Shown here: positions 32,860-41,901 of the stretch, one piece after another | Layout of the letters: each line of letters begins with the position of its first letter | Numbering within the stretch: the first letter of the stretch is position 1 | IMG/VR virus record: IMGVR_UViG_3300008459_000024 | Location: 14,305 to 78,304 of that record | Source: a virus | Strand: one strand, 5' to 3' | Length of the DNA stretch: 64,000 nucleotides | Program-made: the position numbers and the translations under genes | Notes under the pieces: generated by a model | What the model saw: the letters and a program-made list of their open reading frames with translations, nothing else | Databases searched by the model: none | Told to the model about the DNA's origin: nothing

Positions 32860-35800
32860 TATTCAAATATTTTTTTACCATTATATGTTGATAGGTCACT
32901 ATTCTCATTAACTGTTTGGTAGATAGATTTAATCTGAGTACCTTGTGTTTCCGTGGCACCTGATGTATTAAATGTAAACAATCTTTCTTTATTTGATATA
33001 GTAATTCCATTAACTTGCGGGTTATAATCTTTATACGTTTGGTAATCAGTTCCTTCAATAAATGTATTGAATTGAGTTAACCATAAGTTATATTCCTCAT
33101 CAAAAATGGTTGCCAAGTTTTCACAAATATTGTCAACTAATCCAACAGTTGTCCCTGAAGAACTTGAACTTAAATTCTCAGTTAATTTACTCTTAAAGTT
33201 ATTTCTTAAATCAATATCTAAAAATACTTTAGATAATAGTGTAAATGTTCGGTTATTATACTCGTCGGATAACCCACCGCTTATTGGTGTGAATAATGTA
33301 CTATTCTCAAGTCCATCAACAATAATGTTATTACTTCCAAGTAACGTATAATAATTTTGGAAATTTGTCGCAATTTCTGTATAGTCAGTAGTTAGCTCAA
33401 CATCTGAAGATGAAATACCTGATATAATGTAAACTTTAGGTTGACCGTTTGTTAATATTTTACCATCAGTTAAATTAGATATTAAATCTAACTTTCTAAA
33501 CACTTGATATGATTCCGCTTGTAAATCTGAAACAGACTGAATTGTTGTAAATATTGAACTAATTTCACTTGAGTAATAATCATTAATAAAATTAGTATAG
33601 TTATTTTTAACAACATTTACATCTGAATTAGTAACGTATGGGTCAGAATCCAATGAACTAATTATAGTATCATTCTCCGAATCAATATCACTAATAATTT
33701 GGTCTTTTAAAGCTAGTAATCTTTGTTCAACATTTTTAGGTTTACCTAAAATTTTAACTTCATTAGTTGATGGATTTTTCAAATTATCAAAATATCCTGT
33801 AGAGTAATTTCTTTCAGTAATAATTTGTTTCCAAATACCATAATTGTATTCTTCAATAATTGTCTTATACGTATTTGTAATATTCGTGAAATAACTTTTT
33901 GCCGACTCAACTGCTGTACCAAAGAATTGTGTATATTGGATATCTCCTGTCTGAGTTGCCCCACTAGGTACATTAAGTGTTATTGTTCCAATAGTCGTTC
34001 CTCCATCATTTTGTAAAATATTGTTCACATCATTTAATCCTGCCAAAGGTTCTTGGTTAACAATTGCATTTAAAAATGCAGAATCTAATACGGTTGTATC
34101 TTCAGTAACATCCGCCCTATCATCATACATTTCAGTGTTAGCATAATAATTAAACGACAAAGCATTTTGTAATTTTGCTACAGGTTCTTTTAACCCGTGA
34201 CCACCTATCATATCAAAAGACATCGTAACTGAAGCAATCATCGGTTGGATTCCAATCCCTTCGGGATTTAAATCTAATAAATCCTCATCGTAATCAAACT
34301 TGATAGAATTAGGAACGATTTTAGTATTAAAAAAATCACCAATTCTCAAAATTAAAATTGGTGGTCTACCAAAATTAGTATTGAACGAATCAGATGTAAT
34401 TAATTTACCTGTATCCGTTTTTGTAGGTATTGTATTTCCAGGTCTTGTACATTGATTCAAAAAAACCAATCTTGAGTTCAATCCTTCAGGAGTAATTGAG
34501 TGGAATGCCGGATGGAAATATTTAATCTTCGTTTTAATTGAGTCGTAAACAAAAGGTGATTGAGCGTTTAACATCTCAAAATAATCAGATTCCTTTAATA
34601 ATCCCCTCAATACTTTTTTAGTTATGTTTTGACTAATATTAGTTTCGTTAATTGTTTGTTTTGGTTTATTACCAATTAACGTTTGTTGATTTGGATTAGA
34701 CTGATTAGTTTGATTGTCCCCCTGTACCGAATTATCAGGAGGAAATGGTGTAATAATAATATTTTTAAACCTAAGAGCTCTACATGCCATTGCCGTAGGG
34801 GAATACACATCTTGTAAACCTCCGAGTGTTTGGTTACAATTAATTGCATCAAAATTACCACCTTTAATTTCAGCATTAGAACTTAACTCAGGTTCTGAAA
34901 CAATGATTAATTCCTTATCTCCATATTTTTCCAAGGTACCACCTTCAATAACTCGACTATATATCCAAGTTTTAACACTTTCCAATTCACTATTAACAAA
35001 ATTTTGTGAGCCAGCATCTGAAGTACCAATCTTTTTAGTTCCGTATAAAATAACTTTAACCTGACCTTTTTTACTTGTAAGGATTGATGAGATTTCATCA
35101 ATTATAGTATCAACTTGTGAATTGTTTGTTTCAATAACTGTATTAAAAAATGTTTCACATTGTCCTGATAAATCACCACTTTGTTGTAAAAATACAGGTA
35201 AATTATTTACATATTCGTCATACGCATTCCCATAACCACCACCACCAATTGTATCATTAAAATAAAACCCATAATTCTCATACTCGGAATTGAATGTTTG
35301 TTCAGGATTTTGAACAGGACTATCATTATTACTATTAATAGCTTGCCCGACTAACTGTAATTGTTCATTTGTCGAGTTGGGGTTCTGTAGCACTTCTTGG
35401 TATGCCTCTTGTAATGTCTTTAAATCTAATGTATTAAATCTTCTTGCAAGTTCATAAATATCATATTTTTTAAGCCCCGCAAAAAATGAATCAACAACTT
35501 CATTTACAGTTTGTGAGTTTTCATTTTGCAACGCTTTGTTAACAATTAAATTTAACACTGAAGGATGGTCAACCACAATTTTAAAACTTAGGTTACCACT
35601 TCTCTTAGTATTTTTGTATGTATAAATTGGTTCGGGTCTACCTAAAAATTCATTATCAGTAAAACTAGGTGTCGAATCATCGTCAAAACTTAATTCATAT
35701 GGTGGAAACCACATAACTCTACCTCCATTTGGTCCCTTTTCACATTCAGGTAATTCATTATATTCAGCACTTCCCTTCCAAGCTAAATTCTCAATTGAGA

Positions 35801-37490
35801 ACATATACTTTTTAACACTAGCATTTGGTGATTGTGGATTTAAAATATTTGTAGAACCTTTTTTATTTACAGGGGCAATGTTTAAGTTATAAGTAGAATC
35901 TAATACCGAATACGAGAATCTTCTAATATTACCATTAGTTTCATTACCACTTGTATTTGCAATTGTTGATTGGAGATTAGAATACGTAAAATATGGAGTA
36001 TCTTTTGTGAAAACTCTTCCGTACTCTTGACCTACTTCCTTACCATTTTTATTAACAAATCTTCTTACTTTTGAACCTTTAGTTATTTCTTTATATCCAT
36101 CAAAAAACACTTTAGATACTTGGTTAATTGCGTTACCTACGTGACTTAGTCTATCTCCACCTTTTTTAGGTGTTGAATCAATAATTCTTTGAGTCTCGTC
36201 TAAAATTGAACCGGGTTTAAACTCATAGTTACTTGATAAAACTTGTTCGTAAAATGGAGATATTTGGTTAAAAGTATCACTCTGTCCAAAAGATTCTCCC
36301 CCTTGTCCTATTTTTTTACCAGCATCCGCATTTGTATCAGTACTACCCCAAACAAATCCCCCGTCAAAACTTGGTCTCTCCGTGTAAGATTTACCGGCCA
36401 AACCAAACTGATAGTTATTATCACCTTCATAAAGTTTACCAGCTCTGTCAGGACCATAAACAATGGTACCTGTAACATTACCATAAGCATCTGTCGGAAC
36501 TTGGTCAGGTGGAGAATTAATTTCTTGTAACTCAGCCTGTTCAGAACCAATATAATAATTCGTTAAACTTTCACCCTTATTGAATAAATTGGCAACCGCC
36601 TGTATTCCTTGTATTTGACTTACATATGGAGGTTTAAATCTATTGTATCCTATGTTATTAAACATAGCACTTCTCTGTCCACTTCCTGTATTTTGTAAGA
36701 ACTTCTCAGAAGGATTTACTAAATTCTTTAATTTATTAAAAAATTTACCCGTAAGTTTACCGACAGTAGTATTAGCGAGTAACTGACCCGCTTTAGTTTT
36801 TTGTCTCTCAGGTTGTGTAAAATATTCACCCTCAATTGGAGAAACAGGGAAATAGGTTCCCGTTAGTCTTTCCAACCAAAAAACACTCATGTCAATCGCA
36901 CCATCAGGTACTGTAATTGTATAATCTTGATAAACTAATGGTTGTTGTCCTGATACTAATAAAGACGCACTGAATGGGTCCTCAAAGGCTTGGAAGTTAA
37001 CTCGTCCCACCGTATATCTTTCAACCTGAACCGCGATTCTTTCTTCAAAAAGTCCTCTTAACTGAGCGGCCGCCAATTGTTGTAAGTAGGAATCCTGACT
37101 AATAACCGGATTACTATTTAGAATATCCACAGGACTATAATTTGAAATAACAAACTGAGGATATTCTGAAGATTGTCTTAGAGCATTTGCAGTTCTTAAA
37201 TCAAGAGAAACAGGTGTAGGTCTTATTGGGTATCCGACAATAGTACCTGCATCGATATAATCATTAGTATGATATCTATTTGGAATAGTCGATGACTTAG
37301 CCTCAGTTTCAACTTCAGTACTTATATCATCTAAATCAATCGGAACTTGTACTCCCTGTACTACCTCATAGTTTTGAGGGTCCACAGACGAAGTAAATGA
37401 ACCCTCAATATTGTAAGGTTTTAGATTAAATTTAATTAATCTTTTTCTAAACTCCTCTGAACCATTAAATGAAAGTATATTCTCAGACAT
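32859..37490 (-). CDS. large tail tube initiator/baseplate protein
   Basis: About 1543 aa. FLGRPEPIYTYKNTKRSGNLSF and PPILILRIGDF motifs; sits between tape measure and LysM-like genes. Confidence 0.65.
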   Translation of the reverse strand: MSENILSFNGSEEFRKRLIKFNLKPYNIEGSFTSSVDPQNYEVVQGVQVPIDLDDISTEVETEAKSSTIPNRYHTNDYIDAGTIVGYPIRPTPVSLDLRTANALRQSSEYPQFVISNYSPVDILNSNPVISQDSYLQQLAAAQLRGLFEERIAVQVERYTVGRVNFQAFEDPFSASLLVSGQQPLVYQDYTITVPDGAIDMSVFWLERLTGTYFPVSPIEGEYFTQPERQKTKAGQLLANTTVGKLTGKFFNKLKNLVNPSEKFLQNTGSGQRSAMFNNIGYNRFKPPYVSQIQGIQAVANLFNKGESLTNYYIGSEQAELQEINSPPDQVPTDAYGNVTGTIVYGPDRAGKLYEGDNNYQFGLAGKSYTERPSFDGGFVWGSTDTNADAGKKIGQGGESFGQSDTFNQISPFYEQVLSSNYEFKPGSILDETQRIIDSTPKKGGDRLSHVGNAINQVSKVFFDGYKEITKGSKVRRFVNKNGKEVGQEYGRVFTKDTPYFTYSNLQSTIANTSGNETNGNIRRFSYSVLDSTYNLNIAPVNKKGSTNILNPQSPNASVKKYMFSIENLAWKGSAEYNELPECEKGPNGGRVMWFPPYELSFDDDSTPSFTDNEFLGRPEPIYTYKNTKRSGNLSFKIVVDHPSVLNLIVNKALQNENSQTVNEVVDSFFAGLKKYDIYELARRFNTLDLKTLQEAYQEVLQNPNSTNEQLQLVGQAINSNNDSPVQNPEQTFNSEYENYGFYFNDTIGGGGYGNAYDEYVNNLPVFLQQSGDLSGQCETFFNTVIETNNSQVDTIIDEISSILTSKKGQVKVILYGTKKIGTSDAGSQNFVNSELESVKTWIYSRVIEGGTLEKYGDKELIIVSEPELSSNAEIKGGNFDAINCNQTLGGLQDVYSPTAMACRALRFKNIIITPFPPDNSVQGDNQTNQSNPNQQTLIGNKPKQTINETNISQNITKKVLRGLLKESDYFEMLNAQSPFVYDSIKTKIKYFHPAFHSITPEGLNSRLVFLNQCTRPGNTIPTKTDTGKLITSDSFNTNFGRPPILILRIGDFFNTKIVPNSIKFDYDEDLLDLNPEGIGIQPMIASVTMSFDMIGGHGLKEPVAKLQNALSFNYYANTEMYDDRADVTEDTTVLDSAFLNAIVNQEPLAGLNDVNNILQNDGGTTIGTITLNVPSGATQTGDIQYTQFFGTAVESAKSYFTNITNTYKTIIEEYNYGIWKQIITERNYSTGYFDNLKNPSTNEVKILGKPKNVEQRLLALKDQIISDIDSENDTIISSLDSDPYVTNSDVNVVKNNYTNFINDYYSSEISSIFTTIQSVSDLQAESYQVFRKLDLISNLTDGKILTNGQPKVYIISGISSSDVELTTDYTEIATNFQNYYTLLGSNNIIVDGLENSTLFTPISGGLSDEYNNRTFTLLSKVFLDIDLRNNFKSKLTENLSSSSSGTTVGLVDNICENLATIFDEEYNLWLTQFNTFIEGTDYQTYKDYNPQVNGITISNKERLFTFNTSGATETQGTQIKSIYQTVNENSDLSTYNGKKIFE

Positions 37491-37531
37491 CAAACATTTT
37501 TATTATAAATAGAATCTAAAATGTTTTTTAA

Positions 37532-39418
37532 TTATGCAGTTCGTGTCTCAGACGCCTTTTCAATCGCGAGTGATAATTTCTGTGCGTTTCCCGGTTTAGT
37601 TAACGCCGCCGCCATATCATCAACTTGTTTTTGGGTAAAGGTTCCGTCAGTCTTAAATATTAACTCCACTTTTCCGTTAACGTTTGTGTTATTTGTATTT
37701 TGAGATGCTGGTTCAGTTGTAATTCCAGGAATATTTATTTCAGGTAATGATAATTGTGGGATTAAACTAGTTTCACCACCAAGGTTTAAACTTTTAGTAA
37801 AATTTTCCAAAGCGGCTTTAGCTGCATCTATTTGAGTTTGGAATCCTGAAAAATCAACACCAGTAAATCCTTGTAAACTTGTTGTTAGATTAGATAAAGC
37901 TCCTGTTAAGGCCCCTAATCCAGCAGAACCGGCAAACGACGCCAACGAAGTTGTTGCCTCCTTTAATTGTCCAAGAGCACCACTTATGTCAGCACTAGCT
38001 AAACTAGTAACAACACCTTGTAAATTATTATTGAATCCTGTTAAAAAAGTTTTAAAATCAGCATTACTCAAACTAAAATTATCAACGAACGCCTTTGAAG
38101 TTGATTGGTAAACAGTTAATGCCGATTTTAATATGTCCACCCCACCAAATTCAGCAAGGGCAAGACCAATAGCATTTTTATTTGCCATCTCAGTTTCTTT
38201 CTGTTGAGCCTCAATAGATTTTGTACTTTTATACCCCCCTTTAACGAATTCATCCGCACTTTGATTAATTTGATTGCTGGCCGTAATATACTCTTCTAAT
38301 TCTATTTTTTGTCTATCGGTTAATTTATCCAACTCTTTTGTTATAGTTTCACCATCAGATGTTGTAAATGTAACTTGATACGAAAGTCCACCTTCTTTAT
38401 TAGGTAATAACTCCATCATACCTTCTAACTGCTGTAATTGACTTTGACTATAATCAAGATTTAATTCACTAAGTTGTTTAGTTCTTGACTGCATTTTAAG
38501 TAACTCACCTCCAGAACGTACTAAGTCTTGGTATGCAATTCCTGTCTGTTTTGATATCGCCTGTAAATCGTCAACAGAACTTGCAGGTACCTTAAATTGT
38601 TGTGTTTCCTCATCAAACTCTAAGAATGTTGACGCCATGTCGGCAATTGCGGTTTGTAAATCATCAACCCTATTACGAGCAATATCTTGTAATGCAAAAG
38701 CATCTGTTAACTCAGCATTAACCACTCCCATTCTTTGGAAAAATGCCGCAGTTTCTAATGCCTTTTCAGGTGAGAATAAATCAGTTGCAAGACTAAAGGT
38801 TTCACTCATATCCAATTTCAACCTTCTCGATTGGATAGACATTTTGGTTAATCCTTCAATTCCATTATTAAATCCAAATTCATTTAATTTTGATAAATTA
38901 GGAATAACATCGTCAGCAACTTGCGATAACGGTACTGAAAAATTCATAGCCTGTACCGCCATTACTTTGGTGTACTCACTAACGGAAGATATTTCTTTAC
39001 CGATAGATGCAAAATTAGATATTAATTCTTTAGATGATACCCCAAGAACTTTAGAGTTTGCCAACAAATCAACCATTGATTTTTGTGAAATCACGGTTCG
39101 TCTACCAAACTCATCCATGTACTCTGACATATACTGAGTCGCCAAAGTAACTCCGTTGGCACCTTCTCCCATCACATTTAATTCCGTTGCCGCTTGTGCC
39201 AAATACCCTTGTAATGATTCGGCAAATTTATCAGAAGCACCGAGGGTTCTTTGGAAGTCTTTGGCGAAACTTTCAATCTGTGCGGCAGGGGTCAGTATGT
39301 TCTTAATTTCAGAACCTGCATCTAAAAATGGCTGAGTAACATTCGCCATTTTTCCAACAGTCCCAATATCGAATGAAGACGCACTACCCGAATTATCACC
39401 TGGTTTGAGTTGTAACAT
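37532..39418 (-). CDS. tape measure protein
   Basis: 628 aa, helical Ala/Leu/Ser/Gln-rich, directly downstream of tube and chaperone genes. Confidence 0.75.
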   Translation of the reverse strand: MLQLKPGDNSGSASSFDIGTVGKMANVTQPFLDAGSEIKNILTPAAQIESFAKDFQRTLGASDKFAESLQGYLAQAATELNVMGEGANGVTLATQYMSEYMDEFGRRTVISQKSMVDLLANSKVLGVSSKELISNFASIGKEISSVSEYTKVMAVQAMNFSVPLSQVADDVIPNLSKLNEFGFNNGIEGLTKMSIQSRRLKLDMSETFSLATDLFSPEKALETAAFFQRMGVVNAELTDAFALQDIARNRVDDLQTAIADMASTFLEFDEETQQFKVPASSVDDLQAISKQTGIAYQDLVRSGGELLKMQSRTKQLSELNLDYSQSQLQQLEGMMELLPNKEGGLSYQVTFTTSDGETITKELDKLTDRQKIELEEYITASNQINQSADEFVKGGYKSTKSIEAQQKETEMANKNAIGLALAEFGGVDILKSALTVYQSTSKAFVDNFSLSNADFKTFLTGFNNNLQGVVTSLASADISGALGQLKEATTSLASFAGSAGLGALTGALSNLTTSLQGFTGVDFSGFQTQIDAAKAALENFTKSLNLGGETSLIPQLSLPEINIPGITTEPASQNTNNTNVNGKVELIFKTDGTFTQKQVDDMAAALTKPGNAQKLSLAIEKASETRTA

Positions 39419-39438
39419 TACTTATAAATAATGCGTTT

Positions 39439-39594
39439 TTAGTTTTCCGTCGCAGAACCAATTAGTCTATTGACAAGATAATTTCTCATATAGATAGGCA
39501 TTAACATAAAATCAGAATAAGATGTGTGTAGTCTTGAACCTAATATCATATATTGGTCCAATAAATTACTTAAATAATCAGAAGAAAGGACGAA
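39439..39594 (-). CDS. tail chaperone C-terminal extension (gp51/gpT-like), probably reached by +1 frameshift; not in ORF track
   Basis: Open frame FVLSSDYLSNLLDQYMILGSRLHTSYSDFMLMPIYMRNYLVNRLIGSATEN* overlapping the upstream stop; MP..xR motif. Confidence 0.7.
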   Translation of the reverse strand, partial: FVLSSDYLSNLLDQYMILGSRLHTSYSDFMLMPIYMRNYLVNRLIGSATEN

Positions 39595-40327
39595 AAAACT
39601 CCGCCCCAAAGGATATTCTTGCCAATACCTTTTTTCCTGACGGGGCTAAAACTTCTCTGTTTAAATCTAATTTAGGTTCATTCTCCATTATGAAGTTTGA
39701 AATAAACTTAGAATCCATGATTGGCATTTTACTTACAAAATCTTGAATGTCAGATATTTCTTTTGACCCGTCAATCTCAACAATTTGTTTTAATAATTTA
39801 TTAGTGACTGTAGGAGCGTATGATGAACCAACATAACCCTTACCATATTTGTTTAGTTCGTTTAACTCACCAAATGTCAATACTTTTAATTTAACAGACT
39901 TACCTGATTTTGGTAACACGACATTAAATAATCCGTTACTATCAGGTTCAACTGAAGGTTTTCTAAACTCAATTTCATCCAAACTAATTTCTCTTTGGAA
40001 TTGTTTTCCCGTTTCAGGGTCAATTAATGTAAACTTATATTCACTACCAAATGATGTATTTCTTAGAAAAACTAAAATCGCCTCAATATCACCCTCCAAC
40101 ATATCTTCAGGTCTTAAATCGGGTTCATACATTTTTCCCCTAACTAAATTAATAATTAATTGTTGTCCGTCCATATTAGCCGCAGATGCCAACATGTTTT
40201 CGTCAACCGCAGTTAAGTAACCAACTTTAACACTTTTTTTATTAGTTTTGTAAAATTTACCTTCGCTAGGTAATTTTACAATATCATGAGGTAAGTTTAA
40301 ATGTTCTTGAGCAATTTTGTTGTCCAT
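39578..40327 (-). CDS. tail assembly chaperone/baseplate hub assembly protein (gp26-like)
   Basis: VKLPSEGKFY, LTAVDENML, LRNTSFG, VLPKSG, ends EFFRP; lies between tube and tape measure genes. Confidence 0.8.
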   Translation of the reverse strand: MDNKIAQEHLNLPHDIVKLPSEGKFYKTNKKSVKVGYLTAVDENMLASAANMDGQQLIINLVRGKMYEPDLRPEDMLEGDIEAILVFLRNTSFGSEYKFTLIDPETGKQFQREISLDEIEFRKPSVEPDSNGLFNVVLPKSGKSVKLKVLTFGELNELNKYGKGYVGSSYAPTVTNKLLKQIVEIDGSKEISDIQDFVSKMPIMDSKFISNFIMENEPKLDLNREVLAPSGKKVLARISFGAEFFRPFF

Positions 40328-40343
40328 AAATGTTTTTTATTTA

Positions 40344-40372
40344 AAAATATCTTTACATACCACTTTTGTAAA
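40344..40372 (-). promoter_or_regulatory. possible host-sigma promoter for the chaperone gene
   Basis: TTTACA-N17-TATTTT immediately after the tube terminator. Confidence 0.4.
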
Positions 40373-40373
40373 C

Positions 40374-40398
40374 AAAAAAAGTCCCATTTAGGGACTTT
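40374..40398 (-). terminator. Rho-independent terminator after tail tube gene
   Basis: AAAGTCCC-TAAAT-GGGACTTT followed by TTTT. Confidence 0.8.
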
Positions 40399-40421
40399 AA
40401 TTTTGAATATTTGTAAGTTTT

Positions 40422-40907
40422 TTAGTATACTAAGACACAATAGTCAGGTCTAAGAGTTGCTTTGATGTCGGCTAATTTATCATCATCATAAGATAATGAA
40501 CCAAAATCAACGTTAGTTAAGAATGTACCAATTAATAACCATTTTTCGATTACAACACCGGTTGGGTCTAACATGTCCAATTCAAGGTCTCTCTTGTATC
40601 CTGCGGCATATCCCATACGTCCTGTTACAGACTCAGCATGTAAACGAACCCATTCCATCAAGGCTTGAGCTGCTGAAGGTCCAATCGGGTCTCTAAACGT
40701 AACGTCTATGGATTCCCAGTTATATCTTCCAGCTACGTATCTTGACGTATTTAAAAATGGAATTTCAGTTTCAGCAATTTTAATGTTTGGTCTAGAAGTT
40801 GATTCAACAAACCATTCATTAATACCTAAGTTATCAAACTTTAAAATGAACCTGTTTTTTCTTTTTGGCTCATACGGTATCGGCATTTTCATTAGTAAAT
40901 CAGCCAT
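40422..40907 (-). CDS. tail tube protein (gp19-like)
   Basis: EPKRKNRF, YVAGRYNW, AAQALMEWVR, YKRDLELDMLDPTG. Confidence 0.9.
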   Translation of the reverse strand: MADLLMKMPIPYEPKRKNRFILKFDNLGINEWFVESTSRPNIKIAETEIPFLNTSRYVAGRYNWESIDVTFRDPIGPSAAQALMEWVRLHAESVTGRMGYAAGYKRDLELDMLDPTGVVIEKWLLIGTFLTNVDFGSLSYDDDKLADIKATLRPDYCVLVY

Positions 40908-41015
40908 ATTTTTTTTCTTTAGTTTCTTTTATTTTTTATATAAATAGTGGTGTTATTTTTTTTTTCTATTTACTTTGGTTTTTTTTATTGGAAATTTGCA
41001 ATAAGACCAGTTTAA

Positions 41016-41831
41016 TTAATAATCTTTCTTAACTCCTCCATGTGTTGAAATTGTTTTAATTATATTGTCTGGGTCTTTTTCTAATTCTTTCTTAACTTTT
41101 TCTAAATTTCTTAAATCATCATCTGAGAATCCTATTTGTGGTATAAATCGGTTAGATATGTCGTTCTTGAACATACCTGGTTTTTGTAAGGTCTTGGAAA
41201 TATATTTAACATAATTTTGGAACTCCCTAAGAGCGTTAACTTTACCTACTTCGGGATTCTGTGCTGAACCTTCACCAAATGTTACAGGATAATACTTATT
41301 CATGTCCATGTAAGCATCAATCAATTCATCATTTGACATATCTTCTTCACCTGCAATATCTCTAAACTTCCTTAAATTTTTCACCAACTCTTTCTTAGAA
41401 ATTCCTTTAAAGTTGGTTTCAATCATGTTTTCAATTGCTCGTCTAATAACCAATGGAGAATGTCCTCGAGCAGTTACTATAGAGAAGATTGAACCCCCAT
41501 TAATCGCTTCAACAAAGTCATCCCATGCAGGACCTGGTTTTGCCAACATTGAATCAACTATAAACCTCTTATCCCCCTTGGTTGAGAAGTTTCTAAATGG
41601 GTCTTCAGCAAATCCAACAATTGTTTTACCTTTATATTCAAAAGGTTCTTTACCGACATGAATTCTATGTTCGGCAAAATCTTCGGTACCCATAGGAACT
41701 TCATTACCGTTATCATCTTTTAATATGATTTGTGTTGGCATGTACATAATATTATCGTCCCAATCAAATGCATAATACTTTAACTCAGGTGTAATCTCTT
41801 CTTTAAAATTCTCAACAAGATAAACTTTCAT
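41016..41831 (-). CDS. HAD-superfamily hydrolase/phosphatase
   Basis: AFDWDDN (motif I), IVTARG (II), K (III), GFSDDD (IV). Confidence 0.75.
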   Translation of the reverse strand: MKVYLVENFKEEITPELKYYAFDWDDNIMYMPTQIILKDDNGNEVPMGTEDFAEHRIHVGKEPFEYKGKTIVGFAEDPFRNFSTKGDKRFIVDSMLAKPGPAWDDFVEAINGGSIFSIVTARGHSPLVIRRAIENMIETNFKGISKKELVKNLRKFRDIAGEEDMSNDELIDAYMDMNKYYPVTFGEGSAQNPEVGKVNALREFQNYVKYISKTLQKPGMFKNDISNRFIPQIGFSDDDLRNLEKVKKELEKDPDNIIKTISTHGGVKKDY

Positions 41832-41853
41832 ATTACATAAATATCTGTTAAAT

Positions 41854-41883
41854 AAAAAACCCCCACTTTTGGTGAGGGTTTTT
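41854..41883 (-). terminator. Rho-independent terminator after sheath gene
   Basis: AAAACCCTCAC-CAAAA-GTGGGGGTTTT followed by TT. Confidence 0.75.
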
Positions 41884-41901
41884 AAGATTATTAATTTTTA
41901 A

